This document shows positions 1 through 8,198 of a DNA stretch of 64,000 bases, piece after piece. The notes beneath the pieces are model-generated. The model was given only the letters and a program-made list of their open reading frames with translations, made no database searches and was not told the DNA's origin. The stretch spans positions 928,001-992,000 of the forward strand of contig OZ253665.1 in NCBI GenBank assembly GCA_965263295.1, read 5' to 3'. Within the stretch, counting starts at the first letter, position 1, and every line of letters starts with the position of its first letter. The translations under genes were made by a program, and so were the position numbers. The DNA comes from Spirochaetia bacterium (GTDB lineage: Bacteria; Spirochaetota; Spirochaetia; SP-2023).

Positions 1-463
1 GACGGCCGGCGAAGTGGCTGGCAGCCTGATCGCGCGCTTCGTGTCGGGACGGGGAGGCATCGACAGGGTGACGCGAATGGCCTCCCGCACCGCGCTGGCC
101 GGCGGCATTTGCCTGGTCGTTTGCGCGCAACTGTTTCCCGACAGCATCCTGGCGCTGCTCTTGCCGGCCACAGCGATATTGTTCGCGACCGGGATGACCA
201 TCCCCGCGGCCCAGGCCGGGCTTTTAGAACATGTCCGGCGCGATGCCGGCATCTCCGCCGGTCTGTTCTTCTTTCTGCAAATGATTGCCGGCGCGGTCTA
301 TGCGGCGCTCGGCAACACGTGGCCGGGCATGACACCGCCCATTCTGGCCGTGCTGGTCGCCGCGCCCGCCATTGCCATGCCATTCTTGCTGGGTTGGCTG
401 ATGCGGCGCGCCGTTCGTTATGAAATCACTCGCGATGAAATCGCTCGTCATGAAACCCCATGA
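1..463 (+). CDS. MFS transporter (Bcr/CflA-like), C-terminal part; 5' end lies outside the window
   Basis: Several hydrophobic helices and the motif AGISAGLFFFLQM, typical of Bcr/CflA C-termini. Visibly much more GC-rich than the rest of the window. Confidence 0.65.
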   Translation, partial: TAGEVAGSLIARFVSGRGGIDRVTRMASRTALAGGICLVVCAQLFPDSILALLLPATAILFATGMTIPAAQAGLLEHVRRDAGISAGLFFFLQMIAGAVYAALGNTWPGMTPPILAVLVAAPAIAMPFLLGWLMRRAVRYEITRDEIARHETP

Positions 464-745
464 CGAGATCGCATAAGCCCCTCTAAAAACCTTGCATTCA
501 ATTTCATTGACGGGCGTTGCGTTCGCTCCGATCGTGGGATTTGGGATTTAACGCAGGTGATTTGGGAGCAGCTTACCGTGCTCAAGCTTGCGGCCTTGAC
601 GCCTTAGCATATAGACCGTAAAATTCTTTTTAAGTACAAGCGGGGCTGACTATATGAAATGGACAATCATATAAGAGCTCTTAGATCATGGCAAAGAAGC
701 AAGCATAACGACAGTGGAGATAGATATATGGCGAGGCGATCTCGG

Positions 746-1903
746 ATGAAGTTTGATTTTGATAAAATCACCTGTGAAGTCACTGGCAAGGAAATCACAA
801 GGCTCACGCCGAAAGGAGTCCTGTCCCACCATCCTTATTTTTATAACAAAATGTTTACAAACGATGGCAAGAAGCTCTTGCTGGCTTCAAAGATTAACGG
901 TGGCCGAGATTATTATCTTTTATCTTTGGAGACAGGGGAAGCCTTGCAACTGACTGAAAATACCGGCAATGAAGCGGGCGATGGAGGCTTTGACGCAGAT
1001 GACTTTGGCGGGTTTATATCTCCAGATGACCAGTATATGTATTACACAAAAGCGGGAACTTTTGTCCGCATAGATCTGAAAACGCTAGAAGAAAAATTGA
1101 TATACCAAGGGCTTGAAGACTGGGATATAGGCGGCCCTATCAATATGAGCAGTGACGGCAAGCAGATCGTCATGGTGCAATGCGACAAAAGGCAGGCTGT
1201 GAAAGACCAGGGGGATCACTGGAAGAACTTTTTAAAACAAGGGAAACTGGGGAGGCGAACCAGACTTGTCTTATATAATATGGAAACAAAACAGGAAAGA
1301 CAGCTTCTAGATACAGCGGATTATGAAGAGTACGGATTGAAGAAAAATCAATGGCTCACGCACCCGCAAATAAGGCCTTTTGACAATAGTTTGATCAGTT
1401 ATTGCCACGAGGGGCTCGGAGGGACCGTAGACGCCAGAATATGGCTCATAAACAGTGATGGAACTAATTTGCGGTGTGCCAGAAAGCACGATTTCGCGGG
1501 GCAGATCATTTCACATGAATTCTGGTTCAAAACGGGGGCGAAACTCGGCTACGTGCGGATTGATGACGCTAAAGCTAAAGAATCTAAGATCTGCATGATT
1601 GACCCCTTTGAGCTCAAAGAAGAGGTAATTGTAGAACTTCCTAGGTCTTCTCATTTTATTACGAGCCACGATGACAAATATATCATAGCTGACGGAGCGA
1701 GGCCAGCGGAAGAACTATTTCTTTATTTGATAAATATTGAGGAGAAGACATATCAAGAGGTCGTGTCTCACCGATCATCATTCCAAAGCTATGGACATGG
1801 CCAAGATTCGCATCCCCACCCTTCATTTAGACCAGATAACAGGGGAATAGTGTATACATCTGATTTTGAAGGCTTGCCAGCTGTTTATATGGTTGAGATC
1901 TGA
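746..1903 (+). CDS. ogl: Oligogalacturonate lyase (PL22 beta-propeller)
   Basis: Motifs TGKEITRLTP, HHPYFY...FTNDG, WLTHPQ, YCHEG, HEFW and HPHPSFRPD...YTSD. ORF is open from 659; ATG 746 (or 728) is preferred. Confidence 0.85.
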   Translation: MKFDFDKITCEVTGKEITRLTPKGVLSHHPYFYNKMFTNDGKKLLLASKINGGRDYYLLSLETGEALQLTENTGNEAGDGGFDADDFGGFISPDDQYMYYTKAGTFVRIDLKTLEEKLIYQGLEDWDIGGPINMSSDGKQIVMVQCDKRQAVKDQGDHWKNFLKQGKLGRRTRLVLYNMETKQERQLLDTADYEEYGLKKNQWLTHPQIRPFDNSLISYCHEGLGGTVDARIWLINSDGTNLRCARKHDFAGQIISHEFWFKTGAKLGYVRIDDAKAKESKICMIDPFELKEEVIVELPRSSHFITSHDDKYIIADGARPAEELFLYLINIEEKTYQEVVSHRSSFQSYGHGQDSHPHPSFRPDNRGIVYTSDFEGLPAVYMVEI

Positions 1904-1957
1904 GAACAACTTTTAAATGATTTGGCACGCTAGAGTACCCAAAGGAAGGAAGCAAAA

Positions 1958-3043
1958 TTGGCCGACGAAAATAAATATATGAATAAAATATCTATTCTGC
2001 ATGAGAGAATGGAAGAGATTCTAGCAGAAAGAGATAAAAATTTTATTAAAAGTAAAACCATTTCCCAGGAAGAACACCAAAAACTTCTTCGTTGGGATTG
2101 GCCTCAAGGAATCGGAGTTTATGGCATCTGGAAATGCTATGAAAAAACTCATGACGACAAATATCTGACATACTTGAAATCATGGTATGCCAAAAGCTTT
2201 GCCGCAGGACTGCCGGGGAAAAACGTCAATACGGTTGCCCCTTTGCTGTGTCTGGCATTCCTATACGAGCGGACTAAGGATCAAGATTACCTTCCTTACA
2301 TAAAACATTGGGCCGAGTGGATCATGAATGAAATGCCTAGGACAAAAGAAGCCGGGTTCCAGCATATCACTTGTGAAGCAATGAATACGGGTGAGTTGTG
2401 GGATGATACACTTGTGATGACCGTCTTGTTCTTGGCAAAGATGGGGAAACTTCTCAACCAGAAAGCTTATGTGGATGAAGCCGTAAGGCAATTTTTTCTC
2501 CATACAAAATATCTTGCCGACAGAAGCACGGGGCTATGGTTTCACGGCTGGACGTTTGAAGGAAACCATAATTTTGCCAAAGCTCTATGGGCAAGGGGTA
2601 ATAGCTGGATAACGATTGGAATTACCGATTTACTAGAAATAACGGAAATCCAAGGTGCCGAAAAAATGTTTTTAGTGGAAACCCTAAAGAGACAGATAGA
2701 GGCACTGAAAAAGCATCAGGATAAGAGTGGGATGTGGCATACATTGATAGATGACCATGCTTCCTATCTTGAAGCGTCGGCCACGGCAGGATTTGCGTAC
2801 GGAATATTAAAATCAGTCAGAAAGGGATATATCTCTTCTGAATTCTTTGAAACCGGATCGAAAGCACTGGTTGCAACGGTGAGCAATATCTCTGATGAAA
2901 CCGGAGAATTAAAACAATGTTCCGGTGGCACATCTATGGGAAGGGATCTAGATTTTTATAGAAAGATATCTCTCCAGCCGATGGCTTACGGTCAAGCCAT
3001 GGCAATGTTAGCACTCATAGAAGGGTGCAATCATAACATTTAA
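1958..3043 (+). CDS. Unsaturated rhamnogalacturonyl/glucuronyl hydrolase (GH105/GH88, YteR/YesR-like)
   Basis: Motifs WDWPQG, LWDDTLVM, TGLWFHGW, WARGNSW, GMWHTL, YLEASATAG and YGQAMA. AGGAAG RBS before the TTG start. Confidence 0.88.
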   Translation: MADENKYMNKISILHERMEEILAERDKNFIKSKTISQEEHQKLLRWDWPQGIGVYGIWKCYEKTHDDKYLTYLKSWYAKSFAAGLPGKNVNTVAPLLCLAFLYERTKDQDYLPYIKHWAEWIMNEMPRTKEAGFQHITCEAMNTGELWDDTLVMTVLFLAKMGKLLNQKAYVDEAVRQFFLHTKYLADRSTGLWFHGWTFEGNHNFAKALWARGNSWITIGITDLLEITEIQGAEKMFLVETLKRQIEALKKHQDKSGMWHTLIDDHASYLEASATAGFAYGILKSVRKGYISSEFFETGSKALVATVSNISDETGELKQCSGGTSMGRDLDFYRKISLQPMAYGQAMAMLALIEGCNHNI

Positions 3044-3093
3044 TAGAATAAATCTACAATTCCCGTTGAAAATAATGGTACAGATTCCTGTCT

Positions 3094-3527
3094 CCCGCAG
3101 CCCCCCGTCGTGCCACCCGCGGCTCCGCCGTCTAGATTTCGTGACTTTTCGCTGTCTTCGTGCAATTCGTGGTTCCCTTTAAAAGTCCCTGGCCGAGTAA
3201 CCACGAACAACACCAAAAATTCTAAAACACCGCGCCTGCTGCCTGGACGCCCTTCTTGGCTGCCGTCCCCTTTTTTCCTGCCTCCTTGCCACCCAAAGGA
3301 AAATTTCCGGCCCCCCTGCCTAAATTTCGTGCCCTTTCGCCCTCTTTCGTGCACTTTCGTGGTTCCCCCTTTAAAGTTCCCCTGTCACCCACAGCCCCCC
3401 ATCGTTTCACCCGCGGCTCCCCAGCCTAACTTTCGTGACCTTTCGCTGTCTTCGTGCCCTTTCGTGGTTACTATTTCGTGCCTTTTCGCCACTTTTCGTG
3501 TAATTTCGTGGTTCCTTTCGTGATCCC
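3094..3527 (+). repeat. Modular intergenic repeat cluster 1 (TTCGTG/CACGAA ladder family)
   Basis: Repeated modules ccacccgcggctcc, tttcgtg..tttcgc..tttcgtg..ttcgtggtt and gtaaccacgaa..aattctaaaacaccgcgcc, shared with six other loci in the window. Confidence 0.92.
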
Positions 3528-3529
3528 AC

Positions 3530-3569
3530 AAAAAAAACGCCGCCCACTGTCTTTCGACAGGAGGCGGCG
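3530..3569 (-). terminator. Intrinsic terminator of the SEDQP lipoprotein gene
   Basis: Hairpin cgccgcc/ctgtc-GAAA-gacag/ggcggcg followed by T8 on the minus strand, about 50 bp after the stop codon. Confidence 0.7.
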
Positions 3570-3616
3570 CGGCGTAGGCAAAAAGGCTAACGCGAAAAGT
3601 TAATTACCCAATATAA

Positions 3617-4930
3617 TTATGGAGCAGTAGGCTTAAACCCTGTCAAAGTAATTTCTTTATCATTTCCATGATTTTTAATGGTGACTTTTAAAGTTCCCGC
3701 ATCGTCATCAGCATCGCTAAACTCAATGTCACTATCAGGCAAAGCGCTTAAACCATCAATAGCTTTAATGGCTGCTATAATTTCACTATGATCAACATCA
3801 GATGCCTTCTTAGTCGAGTCAACAGTATAACCTGCTATTGAATCTGTGGGCAAATTTTGCACTGCCTCTTTCAAGTCCTTTGTAGCAGTAGATTGATCCT
3901 CAGAAGGTTGATCCTCAGAAGGTTGATCCTCAGAAGGTTGATCCTCAGAAGGTTGATCCTCAGAAGGCTGATCCTCAGAAGGTTGATCCTCAGAAGGCTG
4001 ATCCTCAGAAGGTTGATCCTCAGAAGGTTGATCCTCAGAAGGTTGATCCTCAGAAGGTTGATCCTCAGAAGGCTGATCCTCAGAAGGTTGATCCTCAGAA
4101 GGCTGATCCTCAGAAGGTTGATCCTCAGAAGGTTGATCCTCAGAAGGTTGATCCTCAGAAGGTTGATCCTCAGAAGGTTGATCCTCAGAAGGCTGATCCT
4201 CAGAAGGTTGATCCTCAGAAGGCTGATCCTCAGAAGGTTGATCCTCAGAAGGCTGATCCTCAGAAGGTTGATCCTCAGAAGGTTGATCCTCAGAAGGTTG
4301 ATCCTCAGAAGGTTGATCCTCAGAAGGCTGATCCTCAGAAGGTTGATCCTCAGAAGGCTGATCCTCAGAAGGTTGATCCTCAGAAGGTTGACCCTCAGAA
4401 GGTTGATCCTCAGAAGGTTGATCCTCAGAAGGTTGATCCTCAGAAGGTTGATCCTCAGAAGGCTGATCCTCAGAAGGTTGATCCTCAGAATAATCCATAG
4501 TCAGTATAAAAGTCTTTGGTTTCGCCCAGTCATACCCGGTCAAGGTCCTCATGTCGTGGGCGGAAATTGGGATTCCAATTTTTTGGGGTCGGGGCTTTGA
4601 GACCTCAAAATTATAAACTGACTCTAAAATCTTCTTAAATTGTGTCTTACAAATTTTCTCATCATCAGTTGCTAAAGGATTATCAGCTAACTTTTGAGCT
4701 TCCGTAAAAAATTTGTCTACAATCTTATCTATCTTATCTATGCCAATATCGTGATCGCCAAAATGAATTGTTAAAGACTCTGGCACACTCTCCATGAAAG
4801 TCGACCGGGCAGTCGGCTTAGGATCGTCAAAATCTTCGACCTGGCAAGAGAATATTAGCCCGGCCAGAAGAATTTGTACATATGCATAATATATATGCAG
4901 AAAAGAAAATTTCTTTATAGTATTTCTCAT
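3617..4930 (-). CDS. Surface lipoprotein with 40 SEDQP repeats and a C-terminal domain resembling mycoplasma lipoprotein-17 variable surface proteins
   Basis: GAGG RBS before ATG 4930, lipobox LAGLIFS-C, 200-aa acidic repeat, C-terminus DDDAGTLKVTIK...EITLTGFK. Confidence 0.8.
   Translation of the reverse strand: MRNTIKKFSFLHIYYAYVQILLAGLIFSCQVEDFDDPKPTARSTFMESVPESLTIHFGDHDIGIDKIDKIVDKFFTEAQKLADNPLATDDEKICKTQFKKILESVYNFEVSKPRPQKIGIPISAHDMRTLTGYDWAKPKTFILTMDYSEDQPSEDQPSEDQPSEDQPSEDQPSEDQPSEGQPSEDQPSEDQPSEDQPSEDQPSEDQPSEDQPSEDQPSEDQPSEDQPSEDQPSEDQPSEDQPSEDQPSEDQPSEDQPSEDQPSEDQPSEDQPSEDQPSEDQPSEDQPSEDQPSEDQPSEDQPSEDQPSEDQPSEDQPSEDQPSEDQPSEDQPSEDQPSEDQPSEDQSTATKDLKEAVQNLPTDSIAGYTVDSTKKASDVDHSEIIAAIKAIDGLSALPDSDIEFSDADDDAGTLKVTIKNHGNDKEITLTGFKPTAP
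3890..4489 (-). repeat. Coding tandem repeat, 15 bp x 40 (tctgaggatcarcct = SEDQP)
   Basis: Counted directly. Variation is limited to synonymous CAA/CAG, one GAT>GGT change and a terminal SEDQS unit. Confidence 0.98.
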
Positions 4931-5174
4931 TGTGAAATTCCTCAAAATTAAATTAAAAAATTAATTACTTAAACGTAACAATCTAAACGACTTCAGGCTG
5001 ATTACCAGAGTCGTTACTAGGTGTAAAAAAAATTGCCGCTGTGGCAAACAGGTTCCCAAAATGTATTTTTAACCAATAATAACCTCCTTGTGTCATCGCG
5101 TCAGATCGCTGCACAAAAATCTATGATACACATACAATAATTCTATTCGGTGATAAAATCAATCATCTTGAGAT

Positions 5175-5475
5175 AAAAATACGAAAAATTTTAGAATGCA
5201 GCTCCCCATCGTTTCACCCGCGGCCCCCTATCTAAATTTCGTGCCCTTTCGCCACCTTTCGTGCACTTTCGTGGTTCCCCTTTCACAGACCCTGGCCCAG
5301 TAACCACGAAATACACAAAAAAAGAACGAAACAACACGAAAAATTCTAAAACACCGCGCCTGCTACCTGGACGCCTCCCCCAGCTCCCCGCGGCTCCCCT
5401 ATCTAGATTTCGTGACTTTTCGCCGTCTTCGTGCTTTTCGTGGTCCCTCTTTCGTGGTCCCCGTCGTCCATTTGG
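5175..5475 (+). repeat. Modular intergenic repeat cluster 2
   Basis: TTTCG at 5237, 5247, 5257 and 5267 (exact 10-bp period); inverted ladder with CGAA at 5307, 5327 and 5337; then the GC core and a further TTCGTG ladder. Confidence 0.92.
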
Positions 5476-5728
5476 ACTTACCACTCAGCCAGATATCTAA
5501 AGGGTTATCATATATTGCGACACTGCGGGGCTATCGAAAATGAATTATGGTTAAAAAATAGAGTCGATTATGACTTCCATGATTTATTGCATCACAGCAT
5601 AATCGGACTGCAGATTTTCCCATGCCGTCTGCACCATTCTGAATCACTGCGAAATTTTAATTCTAGTCCCAAGCCTGCTCCATTGTGTTGGAGAAAAGGG
5701 GCAGGTCGAACCAAAGGAGCCGCCGTAA

Positions 5729-6553
5729 ATGAGTAATCTAATTGAAGTTTTGCAGCATATCCCAGTGCTCGGCATGGAAGTCATTTCCCTGCTGATTTAC
5801 TTCAGTTTTATTATCGCCTTCTATATTCTACTAGGAAAAGAAGGAATCTATACATTTATTGTTGTTGCCGTTATTGGCGCAAACCTGCAGGTCATGAAAG
5901 TCGTCAATTTCCCCTTCTTTCAAGATCCAGTCGCTCTGGGGACCATACTTTTTGGCAGTACCTACCTCTGTACCGACATCCTCGCCGAATACGAAGGGCA
6001 CAGGGCCGCTCGCAAGGGTGTCTGGATCGGTTTTCTAACCATGTTATTGTGGACCATTATAACAACGCTAACAATTGGCTTTCAGCCTCTTGATCCGGCC
6101 ACAACTTCACCTGAATGGGCCTGGGCCCTGCCCGTACAAAGCCAAATCGCCAATCTGTTTACCAGCGTGCCTTCACTGTTTGTTGCCGCCATGAGTGCTT
6201 ACTTGATCAGTCAAATGCACGATATATTTATTTACCGGGTATTGCGCAAGCGCCACGGTCAGAAGTTCCTGTGGTTGCGCAATAACCTCAGTACCATGAT
6301 ATCGGCTTTACTGGACAATACTGTCTTCAGCTTACTGGCCTGGATTGTTCTGGCTGAAGAACCCCTAGAACTGCGCGTGGTTGTACGTACCTATATTTTG
6401 GGGACCTATGTCATCCGAGTGGCCATCGCTCTGCTCGATACTCCTTTTTTGTATCTGCTGCGCTACGCTGGCCATTGGCAAAAGACTCTCCACGTCAAAA
6501 ATTTTAGGCGGCTTACAAGCTGGCGCTCGCTGTTCATGAATACAGACGATTAA
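5729..6553 (+). CDS. Queuosine precursor transporter (VUT/YhhQ family)
   Basis: Motifs ANLQVMK, TDILAEYEG..AARKGVWIGF, AYLISQMHD and LWLRNNLSTMISALLDN. AGGAG RBS. Confidence 0.88.
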   Translation: MSNLIEVLQHIPVLGMEVISLLIYFSFIIAFYILLGKEGIYTFIVVAVIGANLQVMKVVNFPFFQDPVALGTILFGSTYLCTDILAEYEGHRAARKGVWIGFLTMLLWTIITTLTIGFQPLDPATTSPEWAWALPVQSQIANLFTSVPSLFVAAMSAYLISQMHDIFIYRVLRKRHGQKFLWLRNNLSTMISALLDNTVFSLLAWIVLAEEPLELRVVVRTYILGTYVIRVAIALLDTPFLYLLRYAGHWQKTLHVKNFRRLTSWRSLFMNTDD

Positions 6554-6600
6554 ATCCCCATTGACAACTTCTGTAATCTCCGGCACCTGCTCAATATTTT

Positions 6601-7302
6601 CTAGTTCGTCTGCTTCCCATTCTTCGTATGCGGCTTTTTATCCTGTGCTTGCAAAGCCTGGTTCAGCAGGCGGGCAAAATGGCCATTGTCATATGCTCGG
6701 CTACGCGCTTCCTTTTCCAACCTCCAGGCGGCCATGTCGCGAAGGAGGTGCTGGTCCGCGCCATTTACAGAAGCATCCGAGAGGCCACGTTGATGGACCA
6801 GGCAGATAGCCGCAGCCAAAGCGTCGGCGGCATGATCGGAACGCTTTACCTGACCGGCGTCGTCACTTGCCCCATGAACTTCGGCGCGCAATCCCAACAA
6901 TAAGCCGACCATCTCCTGAACCTGCTGTTTGGTGGCCTTGCCATTGCCCGTAACCGCCTGCTTGATCAAATTTGCAGAGAATTCAAATACGGGCACCTCG
7001 TGTTGAGCCGCACAGAGCAGGGCAACACCTCGTGCATGAGCGACAGGCAAGGCACTGCTACAATTTTTGTTGAAATACAACTTTTCTACCGCGCAGGCCT
7101 GAGGCCGGTGCAGGGAGAAAATATCTTGCAGTTGCTTGTGGATTTCACGTAAGCGCCCGGCTAAATCCTGGCAGCTTGTCGTGCGAATTTCACCACAAGC
7201 CAGCAGGCGGAGTCGAGCCTGAGGCCCCCGTGGCAAGGCGAGCACGCCCCAACCACAATGCGCCAAGCCGGGATCAATCCCCACGATATTTATATTGCTC
7301 AA
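6601..7302 (-). CDS. ruvC: Crossover junction endodeoxyribonuclease RuvC, with a C-terminal extension
   Basis: Motifs IVGIDPG, AVEKLYF, HARGV, IKQAVTGNGKATKQQV and DHAADALAAAIC. TTG start at 7302 chosen (GGAG upstream; the longer ORF would run through a terminator). Confidence 0.92.
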   Translation of the reverse strand: MSNINIVGIDPGLAHCGWGVLALPRGPQARLRLLACGEIRTTSCQDLAGRLREIHKQLQDIFSLHRPQACAVEKLYFNKNCSSALPVAHARGVALLCAAQHEVPVFEFSANLIKQAVTGNGKATKQQVQEMVGLLLGLRAEVHGASDDAGQVKRSDHAADALAAAICLVHQRGLSDASVNGADQHLLRDMAAWRLEKEARSRAYDNGHFARLLNQALQAQDKKPHTKNGKQTN

Positions 7303-7341
7303 ACCTGTGTTCTCCGAATTTGACCACTCGTATAAAATATG

Positions 7342-7367
7342 AAAAGGCGGGTCACAACCCGCCTTTT
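7342..7367. terminator. Intrinsic, potentially bidirectional terminator
   Basis: aaaaggcgggt-caca-acccgcctttt, just after the stop of 7386..8036. Confidence 0.75.
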
Positions 7368-7385
7368 TCGCGAACTCAACTGCGC

Positions 7386-8036
7386 TTAACCACAGCCACA
7401 ACCCCCACCACAGCAGCCACCGCCGCCCATTCCGGCTTCGACCATACTGGCACTGCGAGCGGAAATATATTTATTGTAGCGCTCTTCAATTAACTGATAA
7501 GGGATTTCCTTGGAGTCGGGCTTTAAATCCTTATAATACGTAAGAGCTTCACGAATAATTTGCGCCTTCTTTATGGTATCCTGAAAATAACGATTGCACG
7601 AAGTTGCAGCTGGCTGTTTTTCTCCGCATGCTTCACCAATGCTATCGCGCAGATACAACATGACCGAACCCAAGTCATCCAGCCCGGTTTCAACCACGGT
7701 TTCAATAATTTCTTTTTCGGTAACTTTCTCACAATAGCAAATATAGCTATTTTGAGCGCCATCTTTGAACCAGATGCCGACAGCACAATCGCCATTGGTA
7801 AACACTTCGTTAGTATTGGGATCAAAGTAAGAAACTTCACACGAAGGATTTAAGCAGAGATACGGAGTCTCTCCGCCATATGTTTTGGCAATCTCGTCCT
7901 TCAAAATATTGCCGAGTAAATCAATGTTTACCGGGTGAGCCTGTGAGCCACACTTGGGACAAAACCTTGTCAGGCGCCCCCCTGTTTGAGCTCCACTGCC
8001 GCAACCACAGGCTTCTGAGCCACATCCTCCAGACAT
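7386..8036 (-). CDS. Cys-rich metal-binding protein (CopZ-type zinc-binding domain + BFD-like [2Fe-2S] domain, Csac_0668-like)
   Basis: CPKC...YLCLNPSCEVSYF...IWFK...YICYC pattern, Gly/Cys-rich termini and a GGAGG RBS. Confidence 0.7.
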   Translation of the reverse strand: MSGGCGSEACGCGSGAQTGGRLTRFCPKCGSQAHPVNIDLLGNILKDEIAKTYGGETPYLCLNPSCEVSYFDPNTNEVFTNGDCAVGIWFKDGAQNSYICYCEKVTEKEIIETVVETGLDDLGSVMLYLRDSIGEACGEKQPAATSCNRYFQDTIKKAQIIREALTYYKDLKPDSKEIPYQLIEERYNKYISARSASMVEAGMGGGGCCGGGCGCG

Positions 8037-8198
8037 AAGACCTCCTAAATTACAGCATTTGCATGCCGACTAGAGAGACAGATTATAATCTAAATTATTG
8101 ACCTTTGTCCAGCGAAATCCGAAAAAGCCATAAATTACATTGCCAGCCGAGATTTAGACTCCTCCCGCCATTGCGATTAATGGCAGCCATAATTGGCC

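Noticed and set aside
3040..3523. Short ORFs over repeat clusters (also 5191-5500, 60654-61030, 63100-63661)
   Set aside because: These are translations of the non-coding repeat. Frames and lengths are not conserved between copies.
3538..3569. c-di-GMP-I riboswitch suggested by the GAAA tetraloop hairpin
   Set aside because: It lacks the GGCAAAC and GCAAA context, lies downstream of a gene and has a U-tract, so a terminator is the simpler reading.
3857..4600. Antisense ORF encoding (LILRR)n
   Set aside because: It is the stop-free reverse frame of the SEDQP repeat. The minus-strand gene has the RBS, lipobox and terminator.
5640..5728. preQ1 riboswitch upstream of the queuosine precursor transporter
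   Set aside because: A hairpin (cctgctcc...ggggcagg) exists, but I could not match the preQ1-I stem-loop plus A-rich tail consensus. An Rfam scan is needed.
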